DNA of 64,000 nt from an uncultured Desulfobacterales bacterium. Lineage in GTDB: Bacteria > Desulfobacterota > Desulfobacteria > Desulfobacterales > UBA11574. The DNA lies in the NCBI GenBank assembly GCA_937998305.1, contig CALLDL010000004.1, forward strand, positions 7,103-71,102, given 5' to 3'. A program made the position numbers and the translations under genes. The notes under the pieces are model-generated. The model was not told where the DNA came from, did not search any database, and was given only the letters and a program-made list of their open reading frames with translations. Below, in pieces: positions 44,204 to 53,146 of this stretch. How positions within the stretch are numbered: the first letter of the stretch is position 1; the number at the start of each line of letters is the position of its first letter.

Positions 44204-45436
44204 TTATTCTGAGCCTTCGGATGTTGTCTTTTCTTTATGTTCCGATGAGATATCCGGATCAAAGCCGGTTTCTGTGATATATATCTGTCGCAGCAATTCG
44301 CGCCAGTGTTTAAATTGTTCTTCGGCGGTTCCGGTCAGCTCATACTGCTTGCCTTCGAATTCCATGACAACGGGCTGCATTTCACTGCCAAACGATTCGC
44401 TCAACTCCTTGATTGCTGCCGAGTGGATTTCAGCTTCTTTAGTAACATTAAACCCGTTGACGATCACCTGGCCGCCGATTAAAATCATACTCATCTGAAG
44501 CGCGCCGGTGTTGTTGACTTCTCCCGCATTCAGTGCAATAGCACCTGCCAGTAGCAACATGCCGACCAACTTTTGATTTAAGGCGTTACGTTTAATCTCC
44601 TTGATAGCCTTAATTTCTTCATAGTTGAGCTTGCGCCAGTTCTCATAAGAAGACCAAATATTTGCATAATATTCTTCATAATACTCATTCAAGGTGTCCA
44701 CATACATGTATTCCCGCTCCCGTATCTTTAGCAGACGGATCATTATGGTGTCTTCATCGGCAGGCAGGCGATTGACGGCGATGAGATTTTTTTTATCTTT
44801 GGTCAGATATCCATTGTAGACGGATGGCGCAAAGTCTTGTGCAAATTTTAATTTCGAGACGGTACGGATGTTCTTGATCTCTTCAGGGGGCAGCTTCACG
44901 AGATAAGTGGCGATATCATTGGAGATGGTATTGTATAGATCCTGATACACATCTTTTTCTCCGGCTCGATTTCCCGAATAGAATGCCAGAGAGGCTTCGG
45001 ATTTATATTTTTTGCTGAACCAGGTTTTCCGGGTCGCATCCGTCACATCGATTTGAAGTATCAAGTGCTCTCCGTTGGATTCAAGAACTTTACCTTTGAC
45101 CAGAACGTCGATACTTTCCGTTTTACCTGGAAGGGCACGCACTGCGCCCCAATAGCTGCTTTGCTGCATGGTGCTTTTCAAATGATACGGCATGAAATGA
45201 CGTTCTGCTTTTCTGATTTCTTGACTGGTATGTTCTTCTTTGGCTTGCTCTTCTGTAATTTTGTCGGATTCAAAAACCAGGATGCCGACATCGAGCAGTT
45301 GCTCTTCTAAGATTTCTTCTTTGGCTTTCATTATTGTCGTAGGACCGACCTTTTGAGCATTAAAGGTGGCACATCCTGTGAACAAAATTAAAATCAAAAT
45401 CATTAATAAGAGGTTATGATGAACGCTAAATCTCAT
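44204..45436 (-). CDS. lipoprotein of unknown function with a C-terminal Gly-rich hydrophobic segment
   Basis: Start set at MRFSVHHNLLLMILILILFTGC (lipobox LFTGC). Late segment LVGMLLLAGAIALNAGEVNNTGALQMSMILIGGQVIVNG. Confidence 0.6.
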   Translation of the reverse strand: MRFSVHHNLLLMILILILFTGCATFNAQKVGPTTIMKAKEEILEEQLLDVGILVFESDKITEEQAKEEHTSQEIRKAERHFMPYHLKSTMQQSSYWGAVRALPGKTESIDVLVKGKVLESNGEHLILQIDVTDATRKTWFSKKYKSEASLAFYSGNRAGEKDVYQDLYNTISNDIATYLVKLPPEEIKNIRTVSKLKFAQDFAPSVYNGYLTKDKKNLIAVNRLPADEDTIMIRLLKIREREYMYVDTLNEYYEEYYANIWSSYENWRKLNYEEIKAIKEIKRNALNQKLVGMLLLAGAIALNAGEVNNTGALQMSMILIGGQVIVNGFNVTKEAEIHSAAIKELSESFGSEMQPVVMEFEGKQYELTGTAEEQFKHWRELLRQIYITETGFDPDISSEHKEKTTSEGSE

Positions 45437-45458
45437 CTTAGCACACACTTTAATGGCC

Positions 45459-46352
45459 TTACTTGCGCACATTTTTTTTATATTGTTCATATTCTTTCCA
45501 GAGCTTTTCCTTAAGTTCAGGATCGGATTCTTTTTCTGCCGCTTCGCGAAGCTGTCTGGCCACGATGTCATCATCTTCAGGGTCGTAACGATTTTTAGGA
45601 TGTCGTTGGGAACCTTCCGCTCCTTCCCGGGATTTGTCTTTATCAGTCAATGTGGTGTCATCCCTGCCTTCTTCAGAGTTATTTTCCTTTCCGGCTTCTA
45701 GGCCGCTTTTTTCTTTTTCGGTTTCTTTCGGTTCTTCGGATGAATCCTGACGGGAATCAGCGGTTTCTGCTTTTGAATCGGTATCTATCTCGATGCCCTT
45801 GTCACGCAGGCGTTGTGCCGCAGCTGCAGCCTCTTGGGCCAGATCCTGCAGTTTTTCTGATGATTTTGTCTGGATCAAATCCAATTCCTCGAGCAGCATC
45901 TCATCGAACTCGGCCAGGGAACGGTCGAGTTGGCGGTCCAAGACGGTTACTTTGTCAACTACCTGTTCCTCGGGAATGGAAGGGTCCAGCATCGCGGAAG
46001 TATCATCAGAAGATGATGCCCCGTAAGTTGCTTTTCGGGTATTATATTTAGCGCTAAGTGCTTCCAATTTATCCACTTTTTCCCGGTTTTCAGCAACCAT
46101 GGCCTGCACTCGAATTAAGTACGTATTATAATCTTTTATGATATCCGGTAATATATCCTCGGATTTTTTTAACTTTTCCAGCTCAAAAGAGATGCGTTCC
46201 TCGGTGGCCATACTGATACGTAAATCCTTGCGTGCCGATTCAAGGGCCGATTCAATTTTTTGCATCGAGGCAGCATATAGGCTGGTAGACAGCACAAGCA
46301 ATAACACTTTGGCCAGAATAACTTTCCACCATTTGGGATCGTTTATGATCAT
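45459..46352 (-). CDS. secreted coiled-coil / acidic low-complexity protein
   Basis: Signal-like VILAKVLLLVLSTSLYA, heptad-rich middle and an acidic S/E/K tract. Conserved-looking C-terminus DDDIVARQLREAAEKESDPELKEKLWKEYEQYKK. Confidence 0.55.
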   Translation of the reverse strand: MIINDPKWWKVILAKVLLLVLSTSLYAASMQKIESALESARKDLRISMATEERISFELEKLKKSEDILPDIIKDYNTYLIRVQAMVAENREKVDKLEALSAKYNTRKATYGASSSDDTSAMLDPSIPEEQVVDKVTVLDRQLDRSLAEFDEMLLEELDLIQTKSSEKLQDLAQEAAAAAQRLRDKGIEIDTDSKAETADSRQDSSEEPKETEKEKSGLEAGKENNSEEGRDDTTLTDKDKSREGAEGSQRHPKNRYDPEDDDIVARQLREAAEKESDPELKEKLWKEYEQYKKNVRK

Positions 46353-47177
46353 TATTGAAACCCGTTCGTTTTGAAATCATAAAATGTATCTGAAAATAAT
46401 AAAAAATTACATTTGCATTTGCTAAATATAAGAAATTTGAGGAGTTGTGTCAAGATGCGCGAGGTTTTGCCTCGGGTAGTGGATCAATTTGGGTAAAAAA
46501 GGATAAGTATATAATAGTGAGGTATTGGTAAGTAAACACAAAGTTTGAATCCATCAAGCTTGGGGCTTACTCAATTAGATATCACAAGGGAAAAAGAATA
46601 AAATTAGAATATAGAGATTGCATCCCGCATGATTAAAAAGCTTTTCATTTTATCAATTTTCATTAATATCATATTATCGTCATTTTTTGCGGTATATTCA
46701 TATAAAAGGGGAGGAATTTCATATATTTCAAAAAGAGTATTCTCAAGTGAGACAAAAGCAAATAATTCACCCAAACCGTTGTTAAAAAAATACTATAATG
46801 TAGATTTCTGACTTAAACTTTCAATTCAGACCATCCTATTATGCTTTTAAATTTGCCGAAAAATTTCACTTCGAAACCTTGAAAAACTGCTGAGACTGTC
46901 GAAAAAGTTTAATTAATGCATTTTTGTGAAATTTGCATATAATAATATCAATCACTAAAAAATCTACTAAGAACCCTTTTTGATTTATTGTGAATTTTGG
47001 GATATAGGTCAATATGGGACGATGATGATATGTTAACTTTTTCGTCTTCTCAAAATAAATTCAGCACAACCGGAGGCTGAGAAGAAGGGAAAATTGACTT
47101 AAAAGTGAATAATTAATAATCAAGATGCAACCCTGGATGCTTCTCAAGGACTATTTAAATGAAAAGGGGACAGTCAA

Positions 47178-48140
47178 ATGATCAAGGAAATTACCACGCA
47201 GGAGCTTAACACAGAAAACTTCATCGATGAGAAGGTTAAAGAAATCCAACAAGTTGTTGGGGAAGGAATGGGGATCAATGCGCTCTCGGGAGGCGTCGAT
47301 TCGTCCACGGTTACGATGCTCGGCCATCGCGCCCTGGGGGACCGCCTTAAGACCGTGTTTATCGAAAACGGTCTTATGCGTGAGGGAGAGTCCGAAAAGG
47401 TTGCCGGTCTTTTTAAAAAGCTTGGGGTCACGGTTGACGTTGTCGATGCACAAAAAGAATTCTTTGCCGCACTCGAAGGAATCACGGATCCGGAAGAAAA
47501 GCGCGAAGCGATTACCCAGGCTTTTTACCGAGACGTATTCGGACGCCTCATCAAGGAAAGTGGCGCAAAACACCTTCTCCAGGGAACCATATTGACCGAT
47601 ATCGACGAGACTATCGCAGGAATAAAACGGCAGCACAATGTCTTTGAGCAGCTCGGAATCGACCCGAAAGAGGCTTTTGGCTATCACATCATCGAACCGC
47701 TCATTCAGCTTCGCAAAGACGGCGTTAGAAAGGTTGGTGAGGCTCTGGGGCTCCCGGCAGAAGCCTTTGACCGCATTCCATTCCCGGGTCCGGCACTCGC
47801 GGCACGTGTGATCGGTGAAGCAACCCCGGAGCGCATCGAGACGGTTCGAAAGGCAACCGTTGTGGTCGAACGGCTGCTCAAGGAAACCGGTGCATTCCAG
47901 TATATGGGGATCCTACATGAAGACCGCGTGACCGGCATGCGTGACGGATTGCGTGATTTTGGTCAGCAGATCGAGGTGCGTTGCTGGGAGAGTGTCGACG
48001 CGCGAGTTGCAACACCGACGCCGCTTTCTTTCAAAATCCTCGAGGAACTCGCCAGTGAAATTATCCGCGATGTGCCAGGCATCGTTAGCGTCACGTACAA
48101 CATTACACCGAAACCCCCTTCAACGATCGAAGCGGTCTGA
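47178..48140 (+). CDS. GMP synthase ATP-pyrophosphatase (subunit B-like, no GATase domain)
   Basis: PP-loop ALSGGVDSS, PFPGPALAARVIGE, and the dimerisation-domain ending VTYNITPKPPSTIE. Confidence 0.8.
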   Translation: MIKEITTQELNTENFIDEKVKEIQQVVGEGMGINALSGGVDSSTVTMLGHRALGDRLKTVFIENGLMREGESEKVAGLFKKLGVTVDVVDAQKEFFAALEGITDPEEKREAITQAFYRDVFGRLIKESGAKHLLQGTILTDIDETIAGIKRQHNVFEQLGIDPKEAFGYHIIEPLIQLRKDGVRKVGEALGLPAEAFDRIPFPGPALAARVIGEATPERIETVRKATVVVERLLKETGAFQYMGILHEDRVTGMRDGLRDFGQQIEVRCWESVDARVATPTPLSFKILEELASEIIRDVPGIVSVTYNITPKPPSTIEAV

Positions 48141-48176
48141 CGACAACGAAAGCTTTGGCAGCCTGAAATGCGCGGG

Positions 48177-49694
48177 TTACGAGATAAAAAGATCTTTAGT
48201 AGAGAAGTTGGGATCACTCGTTAGGTTCACGCCGAGTCGCCTCAATCCGGCCTCATCCCCCGGTGTCGGGATATGGGTCATATGGACTTCACACCCATGG
48301 AGTTCCTCCAATTTTTCCATGGCTAACTGGGCGGCGGGATTGGCGGTCGCGCTGATGCTGAGGGCGATAAGGGTTTCCACCAGGTCGAGGCTGAGGGTCT
48401 TTTCATTGAGCACCTTGGTTTTGAGATCTCGAACCGAATTGACGATGTTGGGCGGGAGCAATTTAATCTTGTCCGGGATTTCGGCTAAATTCTTAATGGC
48501 GTGTAAAATAAGGCTTGAAGCCGAGTGAAATTTCGGTGAGTTGTTTCCGGTTACGATGATGCCGTTTCCGAGCTCGATGGCCGCACCGCAAAAAATACCT
48601 TCGCTGCCTTTACCGCTCTCCAGGCCTTTTATGGCCGCGTTGCGCGCCGGTTCGACCACTCGCCGGTATTCCAGTTCCAGGTTGAAGTCTTTAATCAAAA
48701 GCTCTACCCGTTGAACCGTTTCCTTGTCCGTCAAACCCATGACATATTCGCATCGATAGCGGAAATACCGTCGAATAATTTCCTGTTTGGCAGCTTCCTG
48801 TGTCGCTTCATCGTTCGTGATGGCAAAGCCAGCGCGATTGACCCCCATGTCGGTGGGGGATTCGTAAAACGGTTCGCCGCCCATTATTTTTTTCAATATT
48901 CGTTTCAGAACAGGAAACACCTCCACGTCACGATTGTAGTTGACTGTCTTCTGATTATAAGCCTCCAGATGAAAAGGATCTATCAGGTTAAAATCCCTGA
49001 TATCAGCGGTGGCGGCTTCATAGGCCACATTCACCGGGTGCTTGAGAGGCAGATTCCAGATCGGAAAGGTTTCGAACTTGGCGTAACCTGCGAAAATACC
49101 CCGTTTGTATTCATGGTATACCTGGGAAAGGGAGGTGGCCAGTTTTCCGCTGCCAGGTCCGGGTCCGGTCACGATGACCAGGGGTTTATCTGTTTCGATA
49201 TATTCATTGGCGCCGTATCCTTCATCGCTTACGATCAGATCGATATCCGTAGGATACCCCTTGGTATACTGATGGGTGTAAACCCGGATGTTTCTTCTTT
49301 CCAGTTTATTTTTAAACTGCAGGGCTGACGGCTGGTTTTCAAAACGGGTAATTACAACTCCTAAAACGTCGATTTCCCAACCCCGGAGATCGTCGATGAG
49401 TTTGAGGGCGTCGGAATCGTAGGTAATACCGAAATCAGCCCGCATTTTTTTCCTTTCGATATCGCCGGCATAAATGCAAAGCAGAATGTCGGCCTTGTCT
49501 TTTAACGCCTGAAGAAGCCTCATTTTTACATTGGGATCATAGCCCGGTAACACCCGGGACGCATGATAGTCAAATAAAAGCTTGCCGCCGAATTCAAGGT
49601 AGAGTTTATTGTCAAATTTTTTCGCACGTTCGAGAATTTCAGATATTTGCTCCTGGATATATTTCTCATTGTCAAACGCCATATTTGCTGCCAT
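48177..49694 (-). CDS. DUF1846 / UPF0371-family protein
   Basis: 505 aa. N-terminus FDNEKYIQEQ..ILER......KLYLEFGGKL.FDYHASRVLPGYDPN matches my memory of UPF0371. Confidence 0.65.
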   Translation of the reverse strand: MAANMAFDNEKYIQEQISEILERAKKFDNKLYLEFGGKLLFDYHASRVLPGYDPNVKMRLLQALKDKADILLCIYAGDIERKKMRADFGITYDSDALKLIDDLRGWEIDVLGVVITRFENQPSALQFKNKLERRNIRVYTHQYTKGYPTDIDLIVSDEGYGANEYIETDKPLVIVTGPGPGSGKLATSLSQVYHEYKRGIFAGYAKFETFPIWNLPLKHPVNVAYEAATADIRDFNLIDPFHLEAYNQKTVNYNRDVEVFPVLKRILKKIMGGEPFYESPTDMGVNRAGFAITNDEATQEAAKQEIIRRYFRYRCEYVMGLTDKETVQRVELLIKDFNLELEYRRVVEPARNAAIKGLESGKGSEGIFCGAAIELGNGIIVTGNNSPKFHSASSLILHAIKNLAEIPDKIKLLPPNIVNSVRDLKTKVLNEKTLSLDLVETLIALSISATANPAAQLAMEKLEELHGCEVHMTHIPTPGDEAGLRRLGVNLTSDPNFSTKDLFIS

Positions 49695-49742
49695 GCTCTC
49701 TCCCTTATTCTATTATAAAATGAAAACCTCCCGGTTCTTCGA

Positions 49743-51401
49743 CTATTGCGCCTTATTTGCCATGGTGTAGGTCGAAAAGCCGCCGCTTAAGTTTCTGGAC
49801 TTAAAACCGTTTTGAACCAGAATTCTGTGCCCCAGATATCCCCTAAAGCCTATGCCACAAAACGGAATGTAAGTTTTTTGTTTATCGAGTTCGGATAGTC
49901 TGCTTCTGAGTTCATCGATATAAATATGCAAAGCGCCTTCGATCTTTCCCACACGGTTCAACTCAAATTTGGTGCGAAGATCTATCAAAATCGCACCGTT
50001 TTTTTGAAGCTTTTCAAGTTCATCCCAATGAACGATTTCCATATCCCCTTTAAGAATATTGGCAGCCACAAAGCCGCATATATTGATAGGGTCTTTTGCC
50101 GATGAATACGGGGGAGCATATGCCAGTTCCAGTTCTTGGAGGTCGTAGACGGTCATTTTTGCCCGAATGGCAGTGGCAAGCACATCGATTCTCTTGTCCA
50201 CCCCCTTTTTGCCCACGATTTGAGACCCCAGCACTTTTCCGGTGCCTGGAGAAAAAAGAATTTTAATCGATGTGTTGGTGGCACCCGGGTAATAGCCGGC
50301 GTGGGAACCGGAATGGGTGTAGGAAACAAGATAGGGAATGTCGTGCTTTTTCAAAAATTTTTCGTTGGCGCCGGTGGATGCCAGGACCATATCGAACACT
50401 TTTACCACCGAAGTCCCCAGTGTTCCGGTAAAGATGGACTTTCTGCCCAAAGCATTGTCTGCAGCAATTCGCGCCTGTTTATTGGCAGGTCCTGCAAGGG
50501 CGGTCAGTGTGGGAAATCCCGTGACGACATCTCTGACCTCCACCGCATCTCCCACAGCATAGATATTGGGATCGGAAGTCCTCATGGTGTCATCAACCGA
50601 AATGCCACCTGTGGGGCCTATTTTCAGATCAGCCTGTATGGCCAGTGTAATTTCGGGTCTGATCCCTACGGAAAGCAGCACCATGTCACATGCAATTTCG
50701 CGTCCTTTTTGCGTGGAGACTAAAATCCGGTTATTTACTTTTGAAAATGATTTTACGCCGTTTTCAAGCTCGAGTTCCACGTTTTTGGCTTCAAGATGTT
50801 CATGAATCAGGGCCGCCATTTCATAGTCCAAAGAAGGCATCACCTGGTCGAGCATTTCCACGATGGTCGTTTTAACGCCTCTCTCGGTGAGGTTTTCGGC
50901 CATCTCGAGGCCGATAAAGCCGCCGCCCACCACAACGGCGCATCGGGGATTGCGCTCATCCACAATCTTTTTGATTCGGTCTGAATCGGGTACATTTCGA
51001 AGGTGAAAAATATTTTCCAGTTCAATGCCCTCCAGAAGCGGCTTGATGGGTTCGGCCCCGGGAGATAAAATAAGCTTGTCATAACTTTCCCAGTATTTTT
51101 CCCCTGTAATGGTATTTTTTATCTCAACTGCTTTTTCTTTGGAATTGATACCAACGACTTCGGCGAAGATACGCACATCAATGCTATAGCGCTGTTTGAA
51201 TTGTTCCGGTGTGGCCAAAAGAAGGTGATCGCGCCTTTTGATGACATTTCCGATATAATAGGGAAGTCCGCAGTTGGCAAAGGAGATATATTCTCCCCGC
51301 TCAAAAACGACAATTTCAGCATCTTCGCTCACTCTTCTCGCCCGGGCCGCCGCTGTAGCGCCTCCGGCAACTCCACCAACAATAACCAGTTTAGCACCCA
51401 T
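49743..51401 (-). CDS. CoA-disulfide reductase / NADH oxidase-family flavoprotein with a C-terminal rhodanese domain
   Basis: LVIVGGVAGGATAA; redox Cys in SFANCGLPYY; second GGGFIGLE; rhodanese loop FCGIGFRG. ATG at 51401 after GAGGGA. Confidence 0.85.
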   Translation of the reverse strand: MGAKLVIVGGVAGGATAAARARRVSEDAEIVVFERGEYISFANCGLPYYIGNVIKRRDHLLLATPEQFKQRYSIDVRIFAEVVGINSKEKAVEIKNTITGEKYWESYDKLILSPGAEPIKPLLEGIELENIFHLRNVPDSDRIKKIVDERNPRCAVVVGGGFIGLEMAENLTERGVKTTIVEMLDQVMPSLDYEMAALIHEHLEAKNVELELENGVKSFSKVNNRILVSTQKGREIACDMVLLSVGIRPEITLAIQADLKIGPTGGISVDDTMRTSDPNIYAVGDAVEVRDVVTGFPTLTALAGPANKQARIAADNALGRKSIFTGTLGTSVVKVFDMVLASTGANEKFLKKHDIPYLVSYTHSGSHAGYYPGATNTSIKILFSPGTGKVLGSQIVGKKGVDKRIDVLATAIRAKMTVYDLQELELAYAPPYSSAKDPINICGFVAANILKGDMEIVHWDELEKLQKNGAILIDLRTKFELNRVGKIEGALHIYIDELRSRLSELDKQKTYIPFCGIGFRGYLGHRILVQNGFKSRNLSGGFSTYTMANKAQ

Positions 51402-51796
51402 TTTTTCCCTCAAATATGTTTATATGTTTCTATATGATACATAATATAGACATTAAGGATTAAAATCAAGCAAGCACTTTTGGGTGAAAGATTATTCGAA
51501 CAGCGGCGCTGTCCAAGTCATCTGTCGTTTGTTTCTTTTGCTGAAAAAACGAGAAGATCGACAAACTTCTGGCAAAATGCCCGCCATGAAATTTTTTTTG
51601 CCTCTTCTGCCGCGGTTTGTTACATAATGCCAAGCATTCAAATATTCTATTCTCAACAGCCGATTCATAAAATTAACCCCAAATAATTGGACAACATAAG
51701 TCAAAAACAGACTTGATCCCTGCTCTCGCTCAATTTGACAATCCATGATTTGGATTATAAACTATTAAATTGTGTTATGGATTGGAGAATGATTTG

Positions 51797-52921
51797 ATGA
51801 CCTTAAAACCAGACTTCGGAACATTGGAAAAAAGAATCAGGGATCTGGAAGAAGCGCTGCAACAGTGCAGGCAGGCCGGTAAGTCCGTGAGCGAAGCCGA
51901 AGAGACGTCCCGGGCGCTTTTTAATGCGACGTTGGAGTCCGCGATTCTTATTGATACCAAAGGTACAATCCTCGCCGTTAACGAAGTAGCGATTTACAGA
52001 CTGGATAAGCTCAATGTCAACATCATCCGAATGAATATTAATGATGTCCTCCCTTCGGATGTTGCTATACAAATAAAAAATAAGATCGATGCGGTCATAA
52101 GCTCGGGCGAACCGATTCAGTTTGAGAATGAAAGTGAAGGATCTCTGTATGCCAATACGATCTATCCGTTATTTGGAAAACATGGGAATGTCCAAAAGGT
52201 GGCGATTTACACAAGGGACGTTACTGTTCAGAGACAGGCCGTGGAAGCGCTAAGGGAAAGTGAGGAAAAATTTCGGAGCATCAGTTCTTCAGCCCAGGAT
52301 GCACTCATAATGATGAGCAACAGGGGAAATATTACGTATTGGAATGAGGCTGCTGAAAGAATCTTCGGGTATACAAAAAAAGAAGCCATTGACAGGGACT
52401 TGCACTGGCTACTGGTTCCGAAAAAATACCTCGAAGCTTTCACGAAAGGATTCGAAAATTTTAAGGAAACCGGTCAGGGCAGCGCAATTGGAAAAACGAT
52501 TGAAATGTCGGCGCTTAGAAAGGATGGAAGGGAATTTTCCATGGAACTTTCCTTGTCTTCTTTTCAACTCCAGGGCCAATGGCATGCTTTGGGAGTTATT
52601 CGAGATATCTCCGATCGAAAGAAGGCTGAAAAAGAACGGTTACAAAAGGAAAAACTGGAAGGGGTACTCGAAATGGCCGGCGCTGCCTGCCACGAATTGA
52701 ATCAACCCCTGCAGATCATTTCAGGGTATTATAAACTTTTAATAAAGGATATCCCGGATGATCATTCCCTCAATGCAAACGTTAAAATAATCCAAGAACA
52801 AATCTATAAAATGGGAGAGATTACAAAAAAGATAATGAAGATCACAAAATATGAAACCAAACCCTACACCCATGGCAGTATAATCATTGATATCGATAAA
52901 TCATCAAATACGATTACATGA
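51797..52921 (+). CDS. PAS-PAS sensor protein with a DHp (HisKA-like) H-box but no ATPase domain
   Basis: Two PAS-like blocks, then AGAACHELNQPLQIISGY. Only about 75 aa follow, with no N/G1/G2 boxes. The start could be TTG at 51770. Confidence 0.65.
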   Translation: MTLKPDFGTLEKRIRDLEEALQQCRQAGKSVSEAEETSRALFNATLESAILIDTKGTILAVNEVAIYRLDKLNVNIIRMNINDVLPSDVAIQIKNKIDAVISSGEPIQFENESEGSLYANTIYPLFGKHGNVQKVAIYTRDVTVQRQAVEALRESEEKFRSISSSAQDALIMMSNRGNITYWNEAAERIFGYTKKEAIDRDLHWLLVPKKYLEAFTKGFENFKETGQGSAIGKTIEMSALRKDGREFSMELSLSSFQLQGQWHALGVIRDISDRKKAEKERLQKEKLEGVLEMAGAACHELNQPLQIISGYYKLLIKDIPDDHSLNANVKIIQEQIYKMGEITKKIMKITKYETKPYTHGSIIIDIDKSSNTIT

Positions 52922-53146
52922 GGGGGATAAGAGACATCTTATAATGGACAGGGTCAAAATCCGATCAGCTTTTACATTTTCCGCGCAAACTGATAGGCAC
53001 GTTTTTACCTTTTTCAACTCTTTCCTAAAATGAAAGCTTTGATAAAATCCTTAGAGAACAAACACTCGACCTCTTGAACCTCTGAATTATTGACCTTTTT
53101 CTCCCAACTCATCGGGAGAAAAATCAAATTTTAAAATTAGGGCCCT

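Noticed and set aside
43992-44498. 168-aa plus-strand ORF
   Set aside because: It begins inside repeat F (the MEWWNTG-type translation of GGAATGGTGGAAT repeats). It then runs antisense to the well-supported lipoprotein gene.
46629-46811. 60-aa ORF (MIKKLFILSIFINIILSSFFAVY...) in the AT-rich tract
   Set aside because: An AT-rich context generates hydrophobic ORFs by chance. There is no RBS and no recognisable family, so it is mentioned only as a possible N-terminal remnant.
46860-47177. Purine/guanine or preQ1 riboswitch upstream of the GMP-synthase-like gene
   Set aside because: There is only a generic 8-bp stem (TCTTCTCA...TGAGAAGA), and none of the conserved riboswitch junction sequences I know are present.
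47151-47687. 178-aa minus-strand ORF, and similar long antisense ORFs (20584-21015, 10699-11124, 26334-26771, 35884-36345, 48711-49328, 50136-50723, 58818-59273)
   Set aside because: Each lies opposite a gene with strong family motifs and shows no motifs of its own. These are typical shadow ORFs.
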